This document shows, one piece after another, positions 50,795-61,652 of a DNA stretch of 64,000 bases (position 1 is the first letter of the stretch; every line of letters starts with the position of its first letter). Made by a program: the position numbers and the translations under genes. Location: NCBI GenBank assembly GCA_965267575.1, contig OZ254086.1:2688001-2752000 (forward strand), in the 5' to 3' direction. A model generated the notes under the pieces. The model ran no database searches, was not told the DNA's origin, and saw only the letters and a program-made list of their open reading frames with translations. Source of the DNA: Calditrichales bacterium. GTDB taxonomy: Bacteria; Calditrichota; Calditrichia; Calditrichales; J004.

Positions 50795-53389
50795 ATGAGG
50801 TCAAAAGCCCTTTTTCCGCTCCTTTTGTTTGTTTCTTCCGTTTTAGCACAAACCGATTTAACAACGCAGCAGTTTAATCAGCACCTGGAAGAGTATATTC
50901 AGGAGCGATTGACGCGTGTATCGAAAGAGAGCCTTGATAAGGAACGTTTCCTGATACAGCAGATACGTATGCTCAATGATGAGATCAAGTCACGTGTTGC
51001 AAATGTATCGGAGAAACGCGATAACTATTTTTCCAAGCTTGAGAGAAATCTTAATGAAATAAGAGATTTGAAACGCAGGCTGCCGGGTGGTTCGGGTGGT
51101 CCGCTTATCGGTTTTATTAATGATCTCGAAAAGCGTATTGAGCTTACCCTCGAAAACGGCATCATTGACTATAAGCGTCAACAGGTTTTTGATGACGCCG
51201 TACAACTGCTTTACCTGGCCGAGGAGCTTATGAAACTCGACCCGGCCTCTAATCTCAGCGAAAATCCGCGAATTGCGGAAGGCATTCAGGAAACGCGCGC
51301 CAAGTTTAGAACATCATTTGGAGATATTGTGTCCTCTGCCGGCAGGAGTGCTCCCGCAGGTCAGGCAACGATTTTTAACCTGTATGACGAATGGCAAAGG
51401 ACGGAGCGGCTTAGCTACCTGGTCCGACTAACCGATGTACAAATCGTAAAAAAGAGACTTCTCAAAAACGGCACAATAGCCGAGATTGAGCGCATGTTCA
51501 AACGTGAATTATTCCGGGCATCCGAGGCCTTTAACCTGGGACGCTACGAAGTGGCCCGCATGTCCTTCGACGAAATGATTGAAGCTTATCCCAATGTTGG
51601 CGCTCTGGATGATGTCACTTTTTATAAAGGTGAATCCAATTTCTATCTTGGGCGCTATAATCAGGCGCGCCAAGATTATCAAAATGTAATCACAAATTAT
51701 CCGGCTTCGGCTTACGTTGGTGACTGCTATCGGCGCCTTATATATACAGCAGACCATTTTGAACAATATGATCAGGCGATTTCATATTTTAGGCAAATGC
51801 AAAGTATTCTTTCATCGCAGGACGACAATTATCAGCGTGCTTTGCTGCTGGCTGTTAATGCCGCATTTGAAGGCGGGCTATTCCAGGACGCGGTAACACT
51901 GGCTTATGAAATAGATCCGCAATCGCCCTATTATGATACCGTACGCTTTATCCAGGCACAGGCCCTGGCAGGCACGCAGAACCTTGAAGACGCACGCGAT
52001 GCTTTTAATGCCATTCTTGGTGAGCGTAACCTGGAACCGGAATTTCGTTTTGATGTTTTAACGAAACTTGGTTTTGTGCTTTACGAGATGGGGCTGCCGG
52101 ATCAGGCCGTCGAAAAATTCAAACTTATAAATCCAGACTATTCCAGGTATGATCTCGTTATGATTGGCTTCGGCTGGTCTTATTATAAAATTGAACTGGA
52201 CAAGCGTCTGTCTCAAAACCGGGACTTCAGTGACGCTAAAAAGTATTTAGAGATTATTGTAAACGATTACACCAACTCCGAATACGCTTTGGAGGCCAGG
52301 ACCCTGTTGGGCTATATCAACCAGCTTGAGTACGATACAAACGGGGCTATTGATAATTTTCGCTATGCCTATAATGCCAAGGACGTGAAACTGCTCTCCG
52401 ATGAATTAAATACGCAGCAGGACGAGCTGGAGAAAATCGTTGACACCGCGCATGACCTTGAGCAGGAAGCACTCGTTGAGCGAAATGTTGAAGCCTTTAA
52501 CAGAGCCGTGCGCATGCGCGAAAGCGTAGAAGGACCACTCTTTAAATTGAAATACGCAGACCTGAGTCCTGTTGGTGCCGCCGCCGCCAGCGAAGTCAGC
52601 CGTTTACGCGGCCAACTGGAAGAACTGGACAGGCTGAAGGCTCTCGCAGTTGAAAGAAACGAGACTGAAGCTGTAGACCGGATCGAGGAAATGCAGCTTA
52701 AAATATACCGGGCGATAAACAGCTTTTCGGGTCAGCAGGATTCACCACTCGGGTTTAACTACTTCGATGAGCATCCGCTTGCGCGAAAAGAAAGCGTTGT
52801 GGAGCATGATAACGCCAGGTTGATGGACATGCGCGAAGAGTCACGCACTCAGCGCGAACAAATTTTGCAAAAAATAGCCCGACTGGACGTAGAAATTCTG
52901 AACGCAAAGTCCAGACGTGATTACAAAAAGATGTCCAATCTGGAAGTTGTAAAAAACAGATTTGAGGATTTGCTGAACAAACTGGATTACGTTGAAAGCT
53001 GGGTTTACAGCATGAAAACGCGCAGCACAAATATTAATCTGGCGCGCTGGAGTGATTACGGCGCATTCGGGCTGGCCAACGTGAATTTCGCCGTGCGCGC
53101 ACTGAAAGATCAGCAGATTTCGGATATGCGAAGCCAGATTCAGGAAATCAACGATCTGTTGAACAACCGTAAGCAAGAGATTGTGCACAAGATAAATCAA
53201 ATCGAAGATGAAATAACCTTGATGACGCGTCGCGTGCGCCGTCAGGAACGTATTCGTGAGCGGGAAGAGCTTTATCGGCAGTTTGAAGAAAGCTATTTCG
53301 ATACGCACGAGTCAGAAACCGAGCAACCGCTCAATACAGTTCCGCCTAACAACACTCTTCCCCCGAACTTTGAGGAAGAAGAAGACTAA
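50795..53389 (+). CDS. Secreted TPR / coiled-coil protein (Glt-like)
   Basis: Signal peptide, TPR repeats (YP.S.Y), long coiled coils. Confidence 0.8.
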   Translation: MRSKALFPLLLFVSSVLAQTDLTTQQFNQHLEEYIQERLTRVSKESLDKERFLIQQIRMLNDEIKSRVANVSEKRDNYFSKLERNLNEIRDLKRRLPGGSGGPLIGFINDLEKRIELTLENGIIDYKRQQVFDDAVQLLYLAEELMKLDPASNLSENPRIAEGIQETRAKFRTSFGDIVSSAGRSAPAGQATIFNLYDEWQRTERLSYLVRLTDVQIVKKRLLKNGTIAEIERMFKRELFRASEAFNLGRYEVARMSFDEMIEAYPNVGALDDVTFYKGESNFYLGRYNQARQDYQNVITNYPASAYVGDCYRRLIYTADHFEQYDQAISYFRQMQSILSSQDDNYQRALLLAVNAAFEGGLFQDAVTLAYEIDPQSPYYDTVRFIQAQALAGTQNLEDARDAFNAILGERNLEPEFRFDVLTKLGFVLYEMGLPDQAVEKFKLINPDYSRYDLVMIGFGWSYYKIELDKRLSQNRDFSDAKKYLEIIVNDYTNSEYALEARTLLGYINQLEYDTNGAIDNFRYAYNAKDVKLLSDELNTQQDELEKIVDTAHDLEQEALVERNVEAFNRAVRMRESVEGPLFKLKYADLSPVGAAAASEVSRLRGQLEELDRLKALAVERNETEAVDRIEEMQLKIYRAINSFSGQQDSPLGFNYFDEHPLARKESVVEHDNARLMDMREESRTQREQILQKIARLDVEILNAKSRRDYKKMSNLEVVKNRFEDLLNKLDYVESWVYSMKTRSTNINLARWSDYGAFGLANVNFAVRALKDQQISDMRSQIQEINDLLNNRKQEIVHKINQIEDEITLMTRRVRRQERIREREELYRQFEESYFDTHESETEQPLNTVPPNNTLPPNFEEEED

Positions 53390-53413
53390 CAGGTCAGGGT
53401 AGGATCAGAGTTT

Positions 53414-56400
53414 ATGAAAACACTTTTAAAAAACAGCAGACATATGTTCAAAACACTTTTTTCTGTTTTTATTCTGACGCTGATTTTCCAGCCACTGGTC
53501 GCTCAGGAAGCGGCAAAAAATGATTCTATTTTCGAGAAGATCAGCATCGACGATCTTATAAAGATTAAAGAGTATTATGACAATCGTGTTGACCGGCTTG
53601 TCAGCGAAAAAGAAAGATCTTTGCTGGAAGGGAAAAAACTGGGGGAAAGCTTTCTTTCCGATGAAGCCGTAAAAATAGAGAACCGTGATAAGATTTATAT
53701 TCGTATTGCTGAATATTATATCGAAGAAGCCGAGCGGGATTTTAGCCAGGCCATGGAAAGATACGAAGATAAGTTTGATGAATATGAGCGGCAATTTGAA
53801 TTATATCAGAAGGGTGAATTGGCCGAAGAACCGACCTTACCGGAGACACCCTCTACAGATTACAGCAAAGCGATTTCGATTTATGACCGCCTGCTGGACG
53901 AATATCCTGCCAGCGAGCATGCCGATGCCGCGCTTTACTCCAAGGCCTGGCTGAAAGACAAAACCGGAGCCGGTCCCGAAAGCCGCCGTCTTTTCCAGGA
54001 AGTCATCGACAAGTATCCTGACAGTCCTTTTGCGCCGGAATCATACATTCAGCTTGCTGAATATTACTTCCGCCCGCGTGAAGATAAAACCGATGAAGAC
54101 CAGACCGTGCTCGAACTGCGCAAGGCGATCCAGCTTTATAAAAAGGTTCTGCGCTACCGCGACTCCCGTCGTTACGATGAGGCGCTTTATAAGCTGGGTT
54201 GGAGCTATTATAAGCTGGCCTCGCGTGATCCTGCCTACTACACCGACGCGATCACCTATTTTATGGCCGTTGCCGATGACATTGAATTGGCACGCAAACT
54301 CGACCCGCAGGGCGAGATAAGTAACCCCAATGTGCGTGACGAGGCCATTGAATATATCGGTATCAGCTTTACAGATGAGAGCTATACGCAAAACGGTGTT
54401 GATAAAGCGCGACGCATGCTGGAAAGGCTGGGCGACAAGGAGTACGGTGTTGAAATAATGCGCGCCATTGGCCAGACCTACGAGCAGATTGATGAAAACA
54501 CCAAAGCGATTTACGCATTCAGAAATTTGCTGGATATGTACCCCTATTACAGAGAGGCACCGGTTATTCAGGACAAGATTTCAAAGGCTGTGTTTGCCGC
54601 CGGCGATGACCAGGGCGCTTATCGCGAGAGGGCCGTGCTTTTTGAAAAATACAATCCCAAGAGTGACTGGTATGCCAGATTGGAACAATCGAATATTGAA
54701 AACAAATTCCAGTATCTGGACCTGGCTTACCGTAAAAGCGAAGAAGCCCTGCGCGCTAACTTGTATATGGATCTGGAAAGGGCCGAGACAGCTGAAGCCG
54801 CCAACCAGCCGGCAACGCAATTATGGACAGGGTTTGGCGAAGAGTGCCGGACTTATCTTGAGGTGTTTCCCAGTGACTCCAACGCCTATGATATTCACTG
54901 GTCTTACGCCATTATGCTGGATCAGAAACTTGGTCGTTTTGAAGAAGCTTTTGAAGAATATCTCACCGTCAGTAATGATTACCTGATGAAGGAACATCAG
55001 CATCAGGCGGCATTGTACGCCGTTGGTGTTGCGGATACGATTGTAAAAATTAAATATGGTTCAGATGACGACAGCGTAACATTCAGCCTTGCCGATATAG
55101 CGCAATTAAGTCCCGAAGCTCTGACACCCGAAGAGACAAATCTGATACAGGCATACGATAACTACATTCGCCTTTTCCCGGATGGACAGTATACGCCAAA
55201 TTTCCTTGCCAGCGCCGGAAGCATTTATTATAACCATAAAAAGTTTGCTGAAGCCAAAGTGTACTTCCAGACACTTGTGCGGCGTTTCCCGGGGGCCGAG
55301 GAAAAGAGCCTTGCAATGCGTTCCATTATGGATTCGTATTTCGCCTTGGGCAAATTCAAGGACAGTGAAATTATAGCCAAGCGCATCTTGAGTGACGAAA
55401 ACCTGCCGCCGGAGCAGCGTGAGTTTGCCAGTCGTCGTTTGGCGGAAGCTATCTTCAAGAATGCAGAATTCCTGGCTGAGCAGGGTGATTTCCTGGCGTC
55501 TGCCAATGAATATTTGCGTCTGTATGAAGAAGTGCCGGAAAACAAACAATACGTTGAGCCGGCTCTCTGGAACGCAGGTCTTAATTTCCAAAAAGCGCGC
55601 GACTGGGTACGCTCCAATGAAGTTTTTAATATTCTCGCCAGCGAGTATCCCGAGTCTGAATTTTCATTTGACGCGCTTAACATGATGGTCGAGAATTACA
55701 AGGAACTGGAGCAGTTCGACAATGCTGCGCGGATTTCAGAGCGGGTATATTTGAAATATCCGGATTCCGAAGATGCTGAAGCCAAGTTGTATAATGCCAG
55801 CTACTTCTTCCAGAAAGCATCAGAGTGGCAAGAGGCGATCCGCGTAAATAACGTTTACATCGCTAACTATCCGCAAGAGAATTATGCTGTAGACCTGTTT
55901 TTTAAGAACGCTGATCTTTACCTCAAGATGGACAACCTGGAAGAAGCCAACCGGATTTATGAAGAATTTGCCCAGCGTTACCCTGAAGACGATCGTGTTG
56001 TGACGGCTTTTTACGAGCGCGGCAATTACTACCTGAAAAATGGCCTGAAAGAACAAGCCAAGCAGGAATACAACAAGGCTATAAGTAAAAGCGAGGAATT
56101 TCGTAGCGAAGGTAAGGAATATAATCCGTATATCGCCGGAGAGGCCGTTCACAAGCTTGCCGACATTCTGCACGAAGAGTACGTTGCAATTGAACTGAAG
56201 CAGCCGCAATCGAATATTGAACGTAACACGGCGCGGATGCGCTCTCTGCTTGACGAGCTGAATCAAGCCTACACGAGGGTGCTTGCCTTCGGTTCACCCC
56301 GCAGTTTTGAGGCAACCTATAATATCGCGCGCTCCTACGAAGAGTTTGCCGATACCTACGCCGGCCAGGAAATAGATCCTTCTTTGGATGCCAATAAGCG

Positions 56401-58285
56401 TTTTGCCCGTCAAAAAGAAATCAACGAGCAATCCGCAGCTCTTTATGAGAATGCTGTCAACCAGTATAAAGAAGTGATTAACAGGATTCCTACCATTGCC
56501 GATAAGCTTGGCGTGGATATGAGTGCCCCGGCGGACAGCGTCGTTAAGGAACCGGCGCTGCAGACACTTGCCGCCGATACAACTTTGGCTGAGGCCGAAC
56601 GCGAAGTGGAGCCGGATTCCACGAGACAGATGGCATTCAAGTTTTATGAAAAGGCAAAAGATAAAGTATCCGAATTGCTGTATGCCGAAGCTTCACTAAC
56701 GTCTGAAAACGTTTATAGCGCCATCAATATACAGGCGCCTTCATCGGATCCACTGAATCAGATTCTTTACAAGAGCCTTGTTTATCAGCAGGTTGTTACG
56801 CCGGCTGTCAGCAATTCAATCGAGGCGCATTTACGAAATATAAATGAAGCGGACGAGATGGGTTTGTCAAACAAATACGTCGCCGAGTCCAAACGACAGA
56901 TACTGCTTACATCCAATATTCTTGCGGAAGAATACAAAGAGCTCGCCGTTTCCGCCTTGGATGAATACGACCGTCTCATCGAGGAGTATAAACGCCTGGT
57001 AGAATTGGAGTTTGGAACAACCAATGACAAAGGCCTGGACTATTATGGCGTAGCGACCAGTGCTGCCCAGATGCTTGATGAAAACTATGCGCTTTCCAAT
57101 AATGCTCTTAATGCATACGCCAATACTTTAACTCTTGCCCAGGAAAATGGGATAGAGAATGATCTCGTGCGCAGCACAGAAGATAAAATGCTAAGATTTG
57201 GGGTCGAAACAGCTGAGAGGATGCAAAAGTACAGTAAGCAGGCCAACGACTTGTCTGCTTTGTACGCTACCAAATTTGACACTACCGAGAACTACAACTA
57301 CGATGATGCCCGTGTTGAAATGGAAACATTCTATTACACCCTGGGCGATAACCGGCTTTTCCTTTTGGAGAATGCGTTCGCTTTAAAGCAGAAATTTGAA
57401 ATCAAGGGAGCCTGGGCCAATGCTCTCCTGTTAAAACTACTTGAAATGGACCCCGTGCGTTACTCTGAAAGTATTGACAAAGAGCGCGTTGAAGTATTCT
57501 CTGATCAAAGTTGGCTTTACTCCCTAAGGGATTTTGCATCGGAGTGGATTGAAACGGGTTTTGATGATTCCGGTTGGCAAAATGCAGATATCGTTTTCAG
57601 CGCCATAAACCAGTTTGAGCCTTACGACGTAAGCCCGGACGCTATTTGGACAAAATCGGTAACGCAGCCTGAGGCCACAGATACTCTTGGTGGGGCTGAC
57701 ACCCTATCTCCAACAGGTCAATCATTAGCGGATACGTCATTCGCCGGTCTGAACGATACCATACCGGGTGATACCTTATTAGCAAATGCGCCGGTTGACA
57801 CGATTGGTGCAACACAACCTGGGCAGATACTGACCACTGATGCAGCTGCGACGGGTTTTGCCGCAGATACACTTGTTTTCTTCAGAAAGAACATTACCTT
57901 TGAGGGCAAAGTTGTTGGTGGTAATATCTATCTTACGGCTGATGATGACTTCAGAATGTATATCAATGGCGAGTATATAGTTGATGATCAGGCCAATGAT
58001 TTCATGGTTGTTGATACGGTAGATTTCTATACGATCGATCGATTCCTGAAACAGGGCAAAAATATTATCGCGATCGACGTGATGGATAGGGATTTGACCG
58101 GATCCGGATTGAAATTTTATGGTTATTTTGAGGTGATTCCTTCAGATATCACAGCCGCTGCCGAACAAGAATTAGCAGAGCAAAGAGTAACCATCCAACC
58201 GCAGCAACTGCGACGGATTAACATACTTTCTAAAAACAGAATTCCACTAAACAAGCAAGCGGGAAGTAACGAGAATGAAGAATAA
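53414..58285 (+). CDS. Large secreted TPR protein (GltD/AgmU-like), 1623 aa
   Basis: Many TPRs (DEALYKLGWSYY, LAEYYF); C-terminal beta-sandwich (TADDDFRMYING...LKQGKNIIAI). Confidence 0.8.
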   Translation: MKTLLKNSRHMFKTLFSVFILTLIFQPLVAQEAAKNDSIFEKISIDDLIKIKEYYDNRVDRLVSEKERSLLEGKKLGESFLSDEAVKIENRDKIYIRIAEYYIEEAERDFSQAMERYEDKFDEYERQFELYQKGELAEEPTLPETPSTDYSKAISIYDRLLDEYPASEHADAALYSKAWLKDKTGAGPESRRLFQEVIDKYPDSPFAPESYIQLAEYYFRPREDKTDEDQTVLELRKAIQLYKKVLRYRDSRRYDEALYKLGWSYYKLASRDPAYYTDAITYFMAVADDIELARKLDPQGEISNPNVRDEAIEYIGISFTDESYTQNGVDKARRMLERLGDKEYGVEIMRAIGQTYEQIDENTKAIYAFRNLLDMYPYYREAPVIQDKISKAVFAAGDDQGAYRERAVLFEKYNPKSDWYARLEQSNIENKFQYLDLAYRKSEEALRANLYMDLERAETAEAANQPATQLWTGFGEECRTYLEVFPSDSNAYDIHWSYAIMLDQKLGRFEEAFEEYLTVSNDYLMKEHQHQAALYAVGVADTIVKIKYGSDDDSVTFSLADIAQLSPEALTPEETNLIQAYDNYIRLFPDGQYTPNFLASAGSIYYNHKKFAEAKVYFQTLVRRFPGAEEKSLAMRSIMDSYFALGKFKDSEIIAKRILSDENLPPEQREFASRRLAEAIFKNAEFLAEQGDFLASANEYLRLYEEVPENKQYVEPALWNAGLNFQKARDWVRSNEVFNILASEYPESEFSFDALNMMVENYKELEQFDNAARISERVYLKYPDSEDAEAKLYNASYFFQKASEWQEAIRVNNVYIANYPQENYAVDLFFKNADLYLKMDNLEEANRIYEEFAQRYPEDDRVVTAFYERGNYYLKNGLKEQAKQEYNKAISKSEEFRSEGKEYNPYIAGEAVHKLADILHEEYVAIELKQPQSNIERNTARMRSLLDELNQAYTRVLAFGSPRSFEATYNIARSYEEFADTYAGQEIDPSLDANKRFARQKEINEQSAALYENAVNQYKEVINRIPTIADKLGVDMSAPADSVVKEPALQTLAADTTLAEAEREVEPDSTRQMAFKFYEKAKDKVSELLYAEASLTSENVYSAINIQAPSSDPLNQILYKSLVYQQVVTPAVSNSIEAHLRNINEADEMGLSNKYVAESKRQILLTSNILAEEYKELAVSALDEYDRLIEEYKRLVELEFGTTNDKGLDYYGVATSAAQMLDENYALSNNALNAYANTLTLAQENGIENDLVRSTEDKMLRFGVETAERMQKYSKQANDLSALYATKFDTTENYNYDDARVEMETFYYTLGDNRLFLLENAFALKQKFEIKGAWANALLLKLLEMDPVRYSESIDKERVEVFSDQSWLYSLRDFASEWIETGFDDSGWQNADIVFSAINQFEPYDVSPDAIWTKSVTQPEATDTLGGADTLSPTGQSLADTSFAGLNDTIPGDTLLANAPVDTIGATQPGQILTTDAAATGFAADTLVFFRKNITFEGKVVGGNIYLTADDDFRMYINGEYIVDDQANDFMVVDTVDFYTIDRFLKQGKNIIAIDVMDRDLTGSGLKFYGYFEVIPSDITAAAEQELAEQRVTIQPQQLRRINILSKNRIPLNKQAGSNENEE

Positions 58286-58619
58286 TCTATTGGCTTTTGC
58301 CATCATCCTTCTCTTTGGTTTTTCCTTTAGCTGGGGCCAGGAAGCCGATACGGTGGCTGCTCAACAACAGCAACAACCGGCCGCTACCGGCGATGAAATT
58401 ATCGAAGCCGGAGAAGCCGTAATACAGGTGACAGTGGAAAAACCGCAGGTTCAGCTATTCAGCCAGCGCATTAAACCGGAATTCGACGAGGTGAACCTGG
58501 AAAAATCCTTCATGGGTGAAATTTTGAACCGCGGGGGCTCTTCGAAACTTGACATAAAAGCAACTGAAGCCAAAGCAAAAAAGATAGAAACACAACAACT
58601 ATTAAACAGACAAAGATAA
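58275..58619 (+). CDS. Small secreted protein, GltF/CglF-like
   Basis: Signal peptide; IQVTVEKPQVQLFSQR...EKSFMGEI; cluster position. Confidence 0.6.
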   Translation: MKNNLLAFAIILLFGFSFSWGQEADTVAAQQQQQPAATGDEIIEAGEAVIQVTVEKPQVQLFSQRIKPEFDEVNLEKSFMGEILNRGGSSKLDIKATEAKAKKIETQQLLNRQR

Positions 58620-58650
58620 CTTTATAAACTATTTTTAGGAGGAACGTTTC

Positions 58651-59310
58651 ATGGTATTTCTTGACCAATTCGGCCAATCATTCGGTTGGGGTGAGACAGG
58701 TTCGTTCTTTATGTATTTTATTGCCTTGTTCGCGGCTGTCGCGGCGGCAATTGCAATTGAACGGGTTTATTACATTGTTGTACGCTCTAACGTAAATGCC
58801 GATAAGTTTATGGCAGAAATCCGCAAGCTTGTAGCCGGCGGCAATATGGAAAGAGCTATTGAATTATGCGAAAAAGGAAAACAAAAAGCACTTCCTTTCG
58901 TGGTTTTGCGCGGTCTTAAACGCGCCAATGAAAGCGAAACACTTGATTTTCGCGCAATTCAGAACGCCGTTGACGAAGGCACGCTGGAAGTAATCCCGAA
59001 ACTGCGTGAGCGCACCAGCTATTTGTCGATGCTCGCCAACGTCGCAACTCTTACCGGTCTTATGGGAACGATATACGGTCTTATCCTTTCCTTTGCATCG
59101 GTTGGTACACCCGGTATTCCTGAGTCCGAAAAGTCACGACTGCTGGCCCAGGGTATCTCTACGGCAATGAATACGACTATTTTCGGACTAATGGTGGCGA
59201 TCCCTACGTTGGTTGTTTATACATTCATCTCCAATAAGACCTCCAAGATTATTGACGAAATGGATGAGCACCTGGTCAAGCTTATTAACCTGATCACAGG
59301 CAACCGTTAA
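58651..59310 (+). CDS. MotA/TolQ/ExbB proton channel protein (AglR-like)
   Basis: ANVATLTGLMGTIYGLI, GISTAMNTTIFGLMVAIP. Confidence 0.93.
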   Translation: MVFLDQFGQSFGWGETGSFFMYFIALFAAVAAAIAIERVYYIVVRSNVNADKFMAEIRKLVAGGNMERAIELCEKGKQKALPFVVLRGLKRANESETLDFRAIQNAVDEGTLEVIPKLRERTSYLSMLANVATLTGLMGTIYGLILSFASVGTPGIPESEKSRLLAQGISTAMNTTIFGLMVAIPTLVVYTFISNKTSKIIDEMDEHLVKLINLITGNR

Positions 59311-59352
59311 TCTGTACGGCTATAAAACCTGAATTAAATTTAGAGGTAACGT

Positions 59353-59904
59353 ATGGCATTTAAACCATCAATGAGAAGCAAGTCCGAAGATTTGGACATG
59401 GATTTGGATATTCGTCCGGTGATGAATCTGATGGTTGTTTTGATCCCCCTTCTGCTTCAGGGTGCCGAATGGGTTAAGCTTGGCGCTATAGAGATAAACG
59501 TCCCTCCCACAAAATCCGTTGGCTCCGGAGCTGAAGAGCAGGAGCAGGACCAGAAAGAGGAAGATAAAAGACTTGGTTTGAAAATCGCGATTGTACAAAA
59601 CGGAATCACAATTGCCAATGCATCTGCACTTTTAGGAGGCGAAACAGGGGAAGGACCCACTGTTCCGAATAAGGGTGACGGTGAATACGATTACGATCTG
59701 CTTAAGGAAAAGCTAGTCGAAATCAAGAAAAAGATTGCCGGCAAAGGCTACCGTGATGAAAATCGCGCTGTTATTACAGCTTCGCGTGAAGTGGAATATC
59801 AGATTCTTGTTGACGTAATAGACAATATTCAAACCTATCAAAATGAAGAAGGGCAAGAACTGCCGCTATTTCCGGAAATAAATTTCGGAAGTATTGTACA
59901 ATAG
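59353..59904 (+). CDS. ExbD/TolR family protein (AglQ-like)
   Basis: LDIRPVMNLMVVLIPLLL TM; YQILVDVID. Confidence 0.88.
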   Translation: MAFKPSMRSKSEDLDMDLDIRPVMNLMVVLIPLLLQGAEWVKLGAIEINVPPTKSVGSGAEEQEQDQKEEDKRLGLKIAIVQNGITIANASALLGGETGEGPTVPNKGDGEYDYDLLKEKLVEIKKKIAGKGYRDENRAVITASREVEYQILVDVIDNIQTYQNEEGQELPLFPEINFGSIVQ

Positions 59905-59922
59905 AAAAAGTACGGAGAGGAA

Positions 59923-60408
59923 ATGGCATTTCAACCGTCCCGGGCAAAGAAACACCCCACAGACGAAAAGGGTCAGCTGAATATGAACTCGATGATGGAC
60001 ATGATGACCATCATCCTGTTGTTCCTGCTGAAATCTTTTTCAACGGAAGGTGCTCTTGTTACACCGTCCGAGCAGCTAAAGCTGCCAAATTCTTTTCTGG
60101 GTGAGAAACCTAAGAAAGAATTAAACGTGTCAGTAACAAAAGAAGAAATTCTTATCAATAATAACCGCCTGATGCTCTTACAGGATGTTGACGATGACAA
60201 TGTTCTTATACAACCGCTGTTCAATGCTCTGGCCGATGTTGCTCAGAGAGAAAAGCAACTGGAGGTGCAACATGGCAAGGAGTTTTCGCACACCGTAATC
60301 ATTCAGGGTGATCAGGGCATACCTTTTGAGTTGTTATATAAGGTAATGTACACCTGCAGTAAGTCTGAGTTTTATAAGATGCGGTTATTGACGATAAAGA
60401 AAAGTTAA
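59923..60408 (+). CDS. ExbD/TolR family protein (AglS-like)
   Basis: LNMNSMMDMMTIILLFLLKSF; IQGD..IPF.LL.KVMYT. Confidence 0.9.
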   Translation: MAFQPSRAKKHPTDEKGQLNMNSMMDMMTIILLFLLKSFSTEGALVTPSEQLKLPNSFLGEKPKKELNVSVTKEEILINNNRLMLLQDVDDDNVLIQPLFNALADVAQREKQLEVQHGKEFSHTVIIQGDQGIPFELLYKVMYTCSKSEFYKMRLLTIKKS

Positions 60409-60433
60409 ACTTTATTTTTCATAAGGCCAATAC

Positions 60434-61534
60434 ATGAAAATGATAAATTCCAAAGCCAATGCACAGACAGCCAAGCGGGCCGCTGGGGCAGGCGGATATC
60501 GTATTGTCGCCTTTCCCAAAGAGTTCGAACGAGGGCTCTTCGGGGCGATCGACGTAAGATATTATGGAATCCTGCTGGCATCGTTGGTTGTTATATTCAC
60601 TACGATTTCCATTCTGGCAAATTTGGAATACTCAGAAGAAGATCTGCAGAGTGCATTGACCCAACGCTATATTCAGGAGTTTTACGCGGGGTTTGAAGAG
60701 CCTGTCGTTGAAGAAACAACTGATGAAGCCCTTGTTGTAGAGGAAGAAGGCGCCGGCCAGCAAGAAGAAGAAGTGGACGAGCGTGCCCAGCGCGACGAGG
60801 GTCGACGCACGGAAGCTACCGGAACGTCTGCGGCGGAAAGCCGCGAACGCGCCCGTCGTGAGGCTGCACGTCGAGCCTCGCAACGCAGCCGGATGCAGCA
60901 ACAGGTCGCCGGAACAGGCATCCTTGGTGAGCTTTCGGCTGGTGGTGGCGGAGGCTCAGGTGATGCCGTCTATGATGTGCTGGGAGAAAGTGGCTCCGGC
61001 GCTATGGGCGATCTGGATAATGTACTGAGTAACGTGGGTGGTCTGCAGTCCGCATCATCGGCCAACAGACGCTCTTCTCTTGGTGAGCGCCAGGGAAGCG
61101 GCGGACGTTCCTCCGGAGCGGGTATAGATGACCTTATAAGTACAGGTGCAGGCGCAGGTACATCCGTTTCAATAAACCGTAGTGCAGATTTTGCCATAAA
61201 AGGTGTTGAAGGAAGTGTTGCGGGTAAAGGAACAAAATCTTCCAGCCGCTCACAGGATGCCATCGCACGTGTAGTTGTAGAGCACGCAGACGCAATCGAG
61301 AACTGCTACAAGAAAGAATCCCGTCTCAATCCCAACCTTAAGGGTAGTGTAACCGCGCAGTTTGTCATCGATCCCTCCGGACGCGTTACCAACGTGGACA
61401 TTGTAGATTCGTCCTTGCGAAACAGGCAGGTTGAAAACTGTATCAGCCGCCGCATTCGCAGCTGGCGTTTTGACAGAATAGACCAATCTGACGGTGATGT
61501 TACTGCCCGTTACAAATGGATATTCAGTCCCTGA
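60434..61534 (+). CDS. TonB-C / AgmX-PglI C-terminal domain protein (GltG-like)
   Basis: TM, Glu- and Gly-rich linker, RSQDAIARVV...CY...NPNLKGSV..F.I.PSG.V...C...WRF. Confidence 0.85.
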   Translation: MKMINSKANAQTAKRAAGAGGYRIVAFPKEFERGLFGAIDVRYYGILLASLVVIFTTISILANLEYSEEDLQSALTQRYIQEFYAGFEEPVVEETTDEALVVEEEGAGQQEEEVDERAQRDEGRRTEATGTSAAESRERARREAARRASQRSRMQQQVAGTGILGELSAGGGGGSGDAVYDVLGESGSGAMGDLDNVLSNVGGLQSASSANRRSSLGERQGSGGRSSGAGIDDLISTGAGAGTSVSINRSADFAIKGVEGSVAGKGTKSSSRSQDAIARVVVEHADAIENCYKKESRLNPNLKGSVTAQFVIDPSGRVTNVDIVDSSLRNRQVENCISRRIRSWRFDRIDQSDGDVTARYKWIFSP

Positions 61535-61550
61535 TTTTGATTTGAATCTG

Positions 61551-61578
61551 AAGGCCACTTTTTAAAGTGGCCTTTTTT
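61551..61578 (+). terminator. Rho-independent terminator
   Basis: AAGGCCACTTT-TT-AAAGTGGCCTT-TTTT. Confidence 0.85.
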
Positions 61579-61583
61579 ATTAT

Positions 61584-61612
61584 TTGAAGGGTTTATCTAT
61601 AATTTTTATATT
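61584..61612 (+). promoter_or_regulatory. Sigma70-type promoter of aspS
   Basis: TTGAAG-N17-TATATT. Confidence 0.5.
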
Positions 61613-61652
61613 CCCGCCTATTTTTAGCACGGTTATAAAGGAGAAGTTATTA

